A stretch of DNA of 64,000 nt from Gammaproteobacteria bacterium (lineage in GTDB: Bacteria > Pseudomonadota > Gammaproteobacteria > Steroidobacterales > Steroidobacteraceae), in contig VGTW01000002.1 of the NCBI GenBank assembly GCA_016874555.1, positions 909 to 64,908 on the forward strand. The letters are read 5' to 3'. Below the pieces are notes generated by a model. That model was not told the origin of the DNA. It worked only from the letters and a program-made list of their open reading frames with translations, and ran no database searches. Of the stretch, positions 1 to 8,032 are shown one piece after another (the first letter of the stretch is position 1; each line of letters starts with the position of its first letter). Made by a program: the position numbers and the translations under genes.

Positions 1-83
1 ACAACCGTGCAGAGGAGAGTAAGCCTCGCGCGATGGCCGAGCTTGTGACGAGTCGACAGTACGGATCCATGCATGACTCCACA

Positions 84-680
84 CTAGCGGTTGACCGTGA
101 CAGGTCCGTGAACGAAATCTTTTGCGAGCACGACGAAGCGCAAATCCGCGCGCTTGGGTTCGCCGAAGCGCGGATCACCATAGGGAAAGGGGGCTGTTTC
201 GCCCGTTGACTCATAGCCGCGACGCTGGTACCACTCGATGAGTTCTAGGCGCTGTTCGATCACCGTCATGATCATGCGCCGCGCTTGCCATTCAGTGCGC
301 ACAAAGTGCTCTGCAGCTGCGAGTAAACGGCGTCCCAAGCCTTTTGTCTGCAGCGTTGGCATGATGGTCAGCATGCCAAGATAAGCGCTTTCACTACGTT
401 TTTCGAGTTGCACGCAGGCGAGAATTCGCCCCACGGACTCATGAACTAACATCACCCGATCGCCGGCCAATGTCGTTTGCGTTATGAATTCCTTGAGTGC
501 TTGCGGATCAGTGCGTTGTCCGTCCAGAAGATCGGCTTCCGTCGTCCAGCCGACGCGGCTGCTGTCACCACGATAGGCAGAATTGACCAGCGCTGCGAGT
601 GCCGCCGCATCGCTCATTATGGCGATACGTACGGTGAGAACCGAGCTCCCGGTGCTATTTGGGTTATTGGGACTCACCAA
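84..680 (-). CDS. GNAT family N-acetyltransferase
   Basis: 198-aa ORF with GNAT layout: N-terminal strand VRIAIMSDAAALAALVNSAYRG and acetyl-CoA loop LQTKGLGRRLLAAAEHF (Q/R-x-x-G-x-G/A). Its start overlaps the stop of the upstream ORF by 7 nt. Confidence 0.8.
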   Translation of the reverse strand: MVSPNNPNSTGSSVLTVRIAIMSDAAALAALVNSAYRGDSSRVGWTTEADLLDGQRTDPQALKEFITQTTLAGDRVMLVHESVGRILACVQLEKRSESAYLGMLTIMPTLQTKGLGRRLLAAAEHFVRTEWQARRMIMTVIEQRLELIEWYQRRGYESTGETAPFPYGDPRFGEPKRADLRFVVLAKDFVHGPVTVNR

Positions 681-1528
681 TCTTTAGCAATTTGGCCGCG
701 ACTCTCGGCCATTTGTGCAAGACCCATGCGTAATTCGAGTCGACGATTGAATTCTTCGGGGCCGAACGCCCGCTGTGCGAGTACATTCATGGGGTCGGTT
801 CGATAACCGATCTCACGTACGTAGTGATCGTACTGCTGCTGGGCGAGGCGCTGGTCTGTTGGCAGAGGGGCGCGATCGGCTTCGTCTAGCCAGCCAAACC
901 AGCGATCGACGAATTCTTTCAGGTAACCCTCGCAGATAGCGATATTTTCCTCGTTGAGCTCGCCCATCACGCTAGTACACACCGGCGACATCAGCCCGCG
1001 CAGATAGGTGCCGTGGCTCCAGTTCCAGGTAAAGTTCGACAGACCCCGAAAGCGGATAGCGCTGGCATTCGCGGGCTCGTAATATTTTTCGACGTAGTCG
1101 AGACGGGTGCGCAGATCGACTCGCGGGGTGTAATCCGCGTAAAAGAACAGCTTCGGTACGGTACCGAAGATGATCACGAGATGCGGAACCTGATTTTGCT
1201 GCGACAAAAATACCGTGGCATTCATGTCGAGCAGGCTCGCCTTGCGATTGCCCAGCCAGGAATGCACCAGCCATTCGACTCTTGGGCCACTCCAGGCATT
1301 GAACGAGCCCTCCATCGACTGATCGATCGAGGTGAAATACTCGTGCCCCGCGGTCGCTCGATGCTTGCTGACCGCAAAGCGCTGTTTCACGCGCTCGACG
1401 ATCCCGGAGTGAATTCCCCAGCAGCGTTCCCAGGCGCGACCGACGTCCACGTTGGGTTGCTCGGCGAGGAATTCCGTGATGGTTTTGATGTCGAGTTTGG
1501 TGCCCGACGTGACGGTGTTGTTCGGCAT
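674..1528 (-). CDS. red chlorophyll catabolite reductase-like / ferredoxin-dependent bilin reductase superfamily protein (tentative)
   Basis: 284-aa ORF with a purine-rich RBS-like stretch upstream. Motif-level resemblance (from memory) to plant RCCR and PcyA: HSWLG, LDMNATVFLSQQNQVPHLVIIFG, ADYTPRVDLRTRLDYVEKYYEP, C-terminal RAFGPEEF. The coding call is solid; the family call is tentative. Confidence 0.5.
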   Translation of the reverse strand: MPNNTVTSGTKLDIKTITEFLAEQPNVDVGRAWERCWGIHSGIVERVKQRFAVSKHRATAGHEYFTSIDQSMEGSFNAWSGPRVEWLVHSWLGNRKASLLDMNATVFLSQQNQVPHLVIIFGTVPKLFFYADYTPRVDLRTRLDYVEKYYEPANASAIRFRGLSNFTWNWSHGTYLRGLMSPVCTSVMGELNEENIAICEGYLKEFVDRWFGWLDEADRAPLPTDQRLAQQQYDHYVREIGYRTDPMNVLAQRAFGPEEFNRRLELRMGLAQMAESRGQIAKDW

Positions 1529-1598
1529 GTGGTGATGGCCCCCTTTCCCAAGGGCTCAAGTTAGCCGCTCAACGGGGGGTTCTGCTAGCCTAAAACCA

Positions 1599-2618
1599 AT
1601 GGACGTCCAACGCCGAAAGTTCATTACCGCTGCGGGTGCCGCGGCCACCGTACCCTTGTTGCCGGCTTGTTCGCGTGGGGGTGAAGACCCGCGTCCCGCA
1701 GGGGTACCCGTCGGGTCCTTCGGGTCGAGCAGTACGGCCGAAGAGGTGACGGTGGGTCTCGATCTCAGCGGCAAGACGGCGCTCATTACCGGCGCCACTT
1801 CGGGGCTGGGGCTTGAGACGCTGCGGGTGCTTGCACTGCGCGGCGCACATGTGATCGCTACCGGTCGCACGCTCGACAAGGCGCAGCAGGCTTGCGCAAG
1901 CGTAACCGGGCGTACGACACCGATCGCACTTGAGCTCGAGCGCTGGGACAGCGTCGTGGCTGCCGCGAACCTTGTAAAGGCGCTCGGCATGCCGATCGAC
2001 ATGCTGATCTGCAACGCCGGCATCATGGCCTTGCCAAAAGTCGAGCAGGTGTACGGCATCGAAAAGCATCTCGTCGTCAATCATCTCGGCCATTTCATTT
2101 TGGCCAATCGTCTGCTGCCGCAAGTGCAGGCTGCAGCGCAGGGTCGCGTGGTCGTGGTTTCGAGTCTCGGCTATCAGTGGGCGCCGCCGACTGGCATCGA
2201 GTTCGATAATCTCTCGGGCGAGCGTGACTACCAGCCCAATAAAATGTATGGACAATCCAAACTCGCTAACGGTTTGTTCTCGCTGGAGCTCGCCCGGCGT
2301 TTACGCGCAGCGGGTTCGACTGCCACCTCAAACTCCGTGCACCCGGGCATCATTCTGACCAATCTCGGTCGCCACTTCGGAGAATGGAAACGTACGGTCA
2401 GCAAGCTGATCGGTTGGACGTTCATGAAGAGCATCCCTGCAGGCGCGGCCACCAGCTGCTACGTGGCGACGGCGCCTGCGCTTGTTGGCGTAAGCGGTCA
2501 TTACTTCGAAAACTGTAATCCTGTAGTGCCGATGGCGGGTAAGCACATGGATGATCTCGTGCTGGCACAAAAGCTGTGGCAGAAATCCGAAGAAATCGTT
2601 GCGGAGTATCTCGCATGA
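1599..2618 (+). CDS. short-chain dehydrogenase/reductase with twin-arginine lipoprotein-type signal
   Basis: 339 aa. N-terminus MDVQRRKFITAAGAAATVPLLPAC combines a Tat motif (RRKFI) with a lipobox-like LPAC. Rossmann motif TALITGATSGLGLE, and the SDR catalytic Y-x-x-x-K as YGQSK. Confidence 0.85.
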   Translation: MDVQRRKFITAAGAAATVPLLPACSRGGEDPRPAGVPVGSFGSSSTAEEVTVGLDLSGKTALITGATSGLGLETLRVLALRGAHVIATGRTLDKAQQACASVTGRTTPIALELERWDSVVAAANLVKALGMPIDMLICNAGIMALPKVEQVYGIEKHLVVNHLGHFILANRLLPQVQAAAQGRVVVVSSLGYQWAPPTGIEFDNLSGERDYQPNKMYGQSKLANGLFSLELARRLRAAGSTATSNSVHPGIILTNLGRHFGEWKRTVSKLIGWTFMKSIPAGAATSCYVATAPALVGVSGHYFENCNPVVPMAGKHMDDLVLAQKLWQKSEEIVAEYLA

Positions 2619-3367
2619 AACAGTACTTCGTCCTCGGACTATCGGTCGCTACGCTGCTTTCGATTCTGCCGCTGAACAAGGCTCGCGCACAGGACATCCC
2701 AGCCACTGCAGCGCGCATCCAATCTTTTTACTTTGCTGGCAATTCAGCCGAACTCACCAAACTTGCGATGAGCACGGCGTCGTGGGGAAAGTCGCAAAAT
2801 CCCCGCGAGCTCTACGCGTACGCCTACGTACAGTTTCGGCTGCTGCAACTGGCCATCGGCGGCAAGCGCGAAGACGATGCCGAAAAGGCCGGTGACCGCT
2901 GCATCGGCGCGCTCGATGCCGCGGTCAAGCGCGACCCCAAGTTCGCCGAAGCCTTCGCCTTGCAGTCCGCGTGCTATGGCTATCTCGCCAACCTCGGCGG
3001 CATGGGCGCTATTCGTAATGGTTCGCGCAGTGGCAAGAGCATGACAGCGGCGCTTGCCCTCGATGCGCGTAGCCCACGCATTTTGTTGGTCGACGGATTC
3101 GGTGTTTATTTTCGGCCCAAATTCGTCGGTGGCGATAAAGCCAAGGGCTGTACGCGCTTCCGCGAAGCGGGCGCGGGCTTCGATGCGGCTGGTGCTGCAG
3201 GTGTGCCTGGACAGGGTGGCATCGATTGGGGTGCCGCCGAAGCGCACTATTGGGCGGGTCGGTGCGCGCGCGATGCAGGCGATACCGCGACTGCGCGTAA
3301 ATTCTTCGAGCGCGCGCTGACGATCGCACCTGATTTTTTACCCGCCAGCAAGGCGCTAGGTCGCTAG
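2615..3367 (+). CDS. secreted helical-repeat (TPR-like) hypothetical protein
   Basis: Internal ATG at 2615 gives MKQYFVLGLSVATLLSILPLNKARAQ, a Sec signal. The rest is Ala/Leu-rich helical sequence ending in a TPR-like ARKFFERALTIAPDF. The ATG overlaps the SDR stop (ATGA). Confidence 0.6.
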   Translation: MKQYFVLGLSVATLLSILPLNKARAQDIPATAARIQSFYFAGNSAELTKLAMSTASWGKSQNPRELYAYAYVQFRLLQLAIGGKREDDAEKAGDRCIGALDAAVKRDPKFAEAFALQSACYGYLANLGGMGAIRNGSRSGKSMTAALALDARSPRILLVDGFGVYFRPKFVGGDKAKGCTRFREAGAGFDAAGAAGVPGQGGIDWGAAEAHYWAGRCARDAGDTATARKFFERALTIAPDFLPASKALGR

Positions 3368-3840
3368 AAGACACCTGCTGCGAGGCCCGCGGCGAGCGTC
3401 GCGCCGAGCTCGTGGCAGCGCGCGAGCGCAGCCACATCCGGTTCGCCGACCACGATCACCGGTTCGGCGATACTCCGCCATCGATACCCGGCGACGATGC
3501 GCTCGACGCCATTTCGGGTACCCAGTCCGTCGTTGCCCGCACTGACGAACAATCCCCACGGCAAGCCCGTAGTACGATTTTCGCAGGGATAAAACGTACG
3601 ATCGAAGAAATCTTTGAGCGCTCCCGACATGTAGCCAAAGTGCTCGGGAGTGCCGAGCAGCACGCCCTCGGCCCAGATCAGATCAGCGAAGCCCGCCTCA
3701 AGGGCGCGTAGTGCACGAATGTCGATACCGGCATCGAGCTCGGCAGATGCTTGCAACACACCCTCGGTGACCGCAGCCCGCAGTTTTTCGGTACGGCCGC
3801 CTACATTGCCGCCGTAGACGATCAGTAGACGTTTTTTCAT
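3364..3840 (-). CDS. flavodoxin-like fold NAD(P)H-dependent FMN reductase family protein
   Basis: 158 aa. The N-terminus MKKRLLIVYGGNVGGRTEKL is typical of the flavodoxin-like fold. High GC3 in frame. Confidence 0.7.
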   Translation of the reverse strand: MKKRLLIVYGGNVGGRTEKLRAAVTEGVLQASAELDAGIDIRALRALEAGFADLIWAEGVLLGTPEHFGYMSGALKDFFDRTFYPCENRTTGLPWGLFVSAGNDGLGTRNGVERIVAGYRWRSIAEPVIVVGEPDVAALARCHELGATLAAGLAAGVF

Positions 3841-4217
3841 GGTGCAGCGAGACCTTGATTCGACGACTGCGTTCTATCGCCGCGCCGCTGCACATTGAGT
3901 GCAAGCGTGATAACGATCGCGATCACGCTGCCGAGTCCCGCGAATGCCATATCGCGCTGCGCGTCCCACCCATCGCCCTGGGTACCCAGGGGGGCGGCGC
4001 CGACGTCACCACCGAAGGCAATCGCCGAGGCCCACTCAAGCCTTTCGTAGATGGCAGATGTCGGCATGGTGAAATCCAGCAGCAGGTAGCTCCAGAACTC
4101 AGGTACTTTCGCATGAAGCGTGAACATTTCGCGAATCGGCGGAAATACCAGCAGGCCATAGGTGACATGGACGAGTCGGTCATAGGGGTTGCGGGTGAAG
4201 CCGAGCAGACAATTCAA
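3837..4217 (-). CDS. DUF2238 (YjdF-like) membrane protein, apparently lacking the N-terminal third
   Basis: 126 aa with the conserved family tail LGTQGDGWDAQRDMAFAGLG and YERLEW. Typical members are about 200 aa. No matching N-terminal coding is visible upstream in any frame. Confidence 0.5.
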   Translation of the reverse strand: MNCLLGFTRNPYDRLVHVTYGLLVFPPIREMFTLHAKVPEFWSYLLLDFTMPTSAIYERLEWASAIAFGGDVGAAPLGTQGDGWDAQRDMAFAGLGSVIAIVITLALNVQRRGDRTQSSNQGLAAP

Positions 4218-4639
4218 AGACTGACCGGTCAGAGCATGGAGGGGCTAGTCATAGGGAACTTATAATTACGTGAAATGCGCCCGATCGCATGAAAAGAAAA
4301 AACACAAGTAGCCTGATACAAGAGCTCAGCGACAGTGGCCGGTCCCCCACGTGGCAAACAAGATCGCCGATGCGGGTACCAGCAACACATTTTTGAGCAG
4401 CTACGTGTTGCGATCCGGTGGTTCAAAGAGTAGCAGTAGACACAATATACCGCAGCTGCCTATCAATGAAAAAAGTACGATGTGTCGTCGTGCGAGTCCT
4501 GGGGGCATGCATCGACAGCAGCGCTTGACGCCTCGGATTCGGTCGGCAGCAGACATCCGTACACGAACGCACTGTGGCCGACGTCAGCGGAATTCGCCCG
4601 CGAGGCTGTTGCCTGCATAATCGGCGCAGCATCCGCCAC

Positions 4640-5770
4640 ATGAAATCCTCGTCCATCATCCTGAAACGAATCTTGCTGGGCCTGAGCGGCGTGCTCCTGC
4701 TCGCGCTGCTGAGTCTCGGATTCGCCGTGTCCTACACGGCAGGCTGTGTAGCGGGTCCGCCCGGCGAGCGACACGGCACGGGCATGCAGGCGATTCGCTA
4801 CCGCTGCTACGGCGACCCGTCGGTACTCCGGCTCGAGACGGTGGACCGCCCCGTACCCGCAGCCGACGAAGTGCTGGTCCGCGTACACGCTGCCTCGATC
4901 AATCCGCTCGATTGGCACTTCGTGCGTGGCGAGCCCTATCTGATGCGCCTCGATTCCGGCTTGGGGCGTCCGGATGATCCGCGCGTCGGCGTCGACTTCG
5001 CCGGCACCGTAGAAGCCGTTGGTCGTTCCGTCACCCGCTTCAGGGTGGGGGATAGGGTGTTCGGCGCAGCAGATGGCGCCTTCGGTGAGTACTTGACGGT
5101 GCGAGAGACTCGGTCCGTTACTCGTATGCCGACCGAGGTCACATTCGCCGAGGCTGCTGCAGTGCCTGTTGCCGCGCTCACCGCGCTGCAGGCGCTCCGC
5201 GACAAGGCCGGGGTCAAGCCGGGACAGAAGGTATTGATCAATGGCGGTTCCGGTGGCGTCGGGACGTACGCCATCCAGATCGCCAAGGCGCTCGGCGCCG
5301 AGGTCACCGGCGTTGCGAGTACACGCAATCAGGACCTGATGCGCTCACTCGGGGCCGATCACGTCATCGACTACACGCGGGTCAAGTTCACGGACGGTCG
5401 GCAGCGCTATGACGCCATCATCGACAACGTCGGTACCGAGTCCCCACTGGCGTTGCGGAAGGTCCTGACCCCCGACGGCGTCGTGGTAATGGTTGGTTCG
5501 ACGGACAAGGGGGTGTGGCTTGGTCCCTTGATGGCACCGTTGAAAGCCATGGTTGTCGCGCCGTTCGTGACGCAGCGCTACGAGATGATCCTCGCCGCGA
5601 TGAACGCGGCAGACCTCGATACCCTCGCCAGAATGCTCGCCGATGGACAGATTCGCTCTTCCATCGACCGCCGGTATCCGCTGGCAGAGTTGCCGGCGGG
5701 CGTCGCGTACCTCGAGCGTGGTCGTGCGCGGGGCAAGGTGGTGATCGACGTTATCGGCGAGGGCAAATAG
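4640..5770 (+). CDS. membrane-anchored MDR-family NAD(P)-dependent dehydrogenase / quinone oxidoreductase
   Basis: ATG at 4640 gives a hydrophobic helix ILKRILLGLSGVLLLALLSLGFAV. It is followed by the canonical MDR start MQAIRYRCYGDPSVLRLE and the nucleotide motif INGGSGGVGTYAIQIAK. Confidence 0.85.
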   Translation: MKSSSIILKRILLGLSGVLLLALLSLGFAVSYTAGCVAGPPGERHGTGMQAIRYRCYGDPSVLRLETVDRPVPAADEVLVRVHAASINPLDWHFVRGEPYLMRLDSGLGRPDDPRVGVDFAGTVEAVGRSVTRFRVGDRVFGAADGAFGEYLTVRETRSVTRMPTEVTFAEAAAVPVAALTALQALRDKAGVKPGQKVLINGGSGGVGTYAIQIAKALGAEVTGVASTRNQDLMRSLGADHVIDYTRVKFTDGRQRYDAIIDNVGTESPLALRKVLTPDGVVVMVGSTDKGVWLGPLMAPLKAMVVAPFVTQRYEMILAAMNAADLDTLARMLADGQIRSSIDRRYPLAELPAGVAYLERGRARGKVVIDVIGEGK

Positions 5771-5863
5771 CCGAACGGCAGGCGGGATCAGCGTCCCGCG
5801 TGGTGGCAGCGCCCCAACCGCAATCCCCGTGCCAGTCACGACCGACCCTTATCCTTCAGACCC

Positions 5864-8023
5864 ATGCCGGGTCTCACGCGTAATTTGGGGCTGATTTTTC
5901 TCTCTGGGCTGGCGCTCGCCGCACCGCCGGCAGGCGCCGGGCAATCGACGTTCTCGCCGAAGTCGGTTGTGGTACCCCAAATATCGGGTCGCATCAAGCT
6001 CGACGGTCGACTCGACGAGGCTGAGTGGCAGGACGCAGCGAAGATCACCGACTTCCAACAGTTTTCACCGGGCGACGGCGACGCACCGTCGGAGTCAACT
6101 GAGTTTCTGCTCGCACTTGATGAAGATAATCTTTATATCGCAGCGCGTTTTGCTGATTCTAATCCAGCCGATATCAGCCGCCTACAGCTTGTACAGGGGC
6201 AAGCTGTATGGAACGATGACTACGCACAAATTTTGCTAGATACTTTTAACGATCGACGTACGGGCTATATTTTTTACGTCAATCCAAACGGTGTGCAGCG
6301 CGATGGTCTGCTGCTCGGTGGCGTGTCTTACAACATGGACTGGGACGGTATCTGGCAGGCGGCCTCCACAGTCAATGATTCCGGTTGGCAGGCCGAGATC
6401 GCGATCCCCTTCAAGACGCTGTCCTTCGATCGTAATGCAGACACTTGGGGAATCAATCTGATCCGCTCCATCCGCCGCAAGCGTGAGGACGTCGCTTGGT
6501 CACAGCGCGATCGGCGCGTTACATTGGATGTGAGCGGTGAGATCCGCGGTATGCGGGGTCGTGATCAGGGCCGTGGTCTCGACCTTGTGGCCTCGGCGTC
6601 GGTCAGCGAGCGCGAGAACTTCATCTCCAAGAGCTCGAGTGGTATCGCCAAACCGTCGCTTGACGCGTTTTGGCGTATCACGCCCTCGCTTGTTGGTGCG
6701 CTCACACTTAATACTGACTTTTCAGCTACCGACGTCGACGATCGGCAGGTCAATCTCACAAGATTTTCACTGTTTTTTCCTGAGAAGCGCGATTTCTTTC
6801 TCGAGGACAGCGAAATCTTCGAGTTCGGCGGTTTGACGCAAAATGGCCGACCTTTTTTTTCGCGCACCATTGGCCTCTCGGCTAGCGGACAACCGATTGA
6901 TCTTGAGGCAGGGGCCCGGCTCACCGGTAAGATCGGGCGAAATTCTTTGGGCCTAATCGCTGTACGCCAACAATCAGTTGGTAGTTTTGCTGCTGAGAAT
7001 TTTTTCGTGGCTCGCGGGTATCGCAGTTTCGGCGAACAGTCAACGATTGGCGGCATCATTACCTCCGGCGATCCATCTGGTAGCGGTAACAACACGCTGT
7101 ACGGCGTCGATCTCGCACTGCGCGATCAGCGCCGTTTTGGCGGACTCGTCGAGGCGCGTGCCTGGATGCAGCAGTCCTCCACGCCTGGACGCCGGAGTGA
7201 CGAGGGCGCCTGGGGCGCATCGCTCGTCTGGCCGAACGATCGTATCGAGGCATTGCTGTCTTATAGCGACATTGGCCGGGATTTCCGCCCGGCGCTCGGC
7301 TTTACCAATCGAACCGGTATCGCCGAATTTCTGGGTGGCTATCGCTATCGACACCGATTCGCGAAAGGCGGATTGCTGCGCAGCTGGCGTCACGGTATCG
7401 AGGCCACTGAGGTCAGGGACGACGCGGGTCGACTCGAGTCACGCCGCTTTGAGATCATGCCGTTTTCTTTGGATAATCAGCCCGGTGACATTCTCTCGAT
7501 GGGTCTGGAACGTCAGACCGAAGTCATTGGTCGCCCCTTCGTCCTTCCCGGCGGCGCGCTCGTTCCGGTTGGTCGCTACGACTTCGATCGTATAAGTCTC
7601 TATGGACAAACGGCAGGCTTTCGGCCACTGGCTCTCAACTGGGACTTGGGCACTGGCGATTTTTATGACGGGACGCGGGATGACGCGCGAGTTGGCATCA
7701 ATTGGCGACCCAACCGACACTGGGCGCTGGGGACGACTTTTCAGGCGAATCGTCTCGCGTTGCAGCGCCGCGATTTCACGACCCGCGTCTGGTCCTTGAA
7801 CGCCAATTATGCGTTCAACGTTCGCTGGGCCTGGCTCAGCGTCGCGCAGTACGACAACGTTTCGAAACGTATAGGACTCAACAGTCGCTTACGTTGGTGG
7901 CCTACCCAAGGGCAGGTGGCGTATCTCGTCGTCAATTACGACTGGCGCGAGGATACACGCGGCGACTTCCAGCCGTTTCTCGCCGAAACCACAGTGAAGT
8001 TCACTTACACATTTCGCTACTGA
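5864..8023 (+). CDS. CBM9-like domain / DUF5916 family secreted protein
   Basis: 719 aa with a signal peptide. N-terminal CBM9-like block (GRIKLDGRLDEAEWQDAAKITDFQQF ... WNDDYAQILLDTFNDRRTGYIFYVNPNG), then a long beta-rich region ending in an aromatic residue (FTYTFRY). Confidence 0.7.
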   Translation: MPGLTRNLGLIFLSGLALAAPPAGAGQSTFSPKSVVVPQISGRIKLDGRLDEAEWQDAAKITDFQQFSPGDGDAPSESTEFLLALDEDNLYIAARFADSNPADISRLQLVQGQAVWNDDYAQILLDTFNDRRTGYIFYVNPNGVQRDGLLLGGVSYNMDWDGIWQAASTVNDSGWQAEIAIPFKTLSFDRNADTWGINLIRSIRRKREDVAWSQRDRRVTLDVSGEIRGMRGRDQGRGLDLVASASVSERENFISKSSSGIAKPSLDAFWRITPSLVGALTLNTDFSATDVDDRQVNLTRFSLFFPEKRDFFLEDSEIFEFGGLTQNGRPFFSRTIGLSASGQPIDLEAGARLTGKIGRNSLGLIAVRQQSVGSFAAENFFVARGYRSFGEQSTIGGIITSGDPSGSGNNTLYGVDLALRDQRRFGGLVEARAWMQQSSTPGRRSDEGAWGASLVWPNDRIEALLSYSDIGRDFRPALGFTNRTGIAEFLGGYRYRHRFAKGGLLRSWRHGIEATEVRDDAGRLESRRFEIMPFSLDNQPGDILSMGLERQTEVIGRPFVLPGGALVPVGRYDFDRISLYGQTAGFRPLALNWDLGTGDFYDGTRDDARVGINWRPNRHWALGTTFQANRLALQRRDFTTRVWSLNANYAFNVRWAWLSVAQYDNVSKRIGLNSRLRWWPTQGQVAYLVVNYDWREDTRGDFQPFLAETTVKFTYTFRY

Positions 8024-8032
8024 CCTCGGGCT

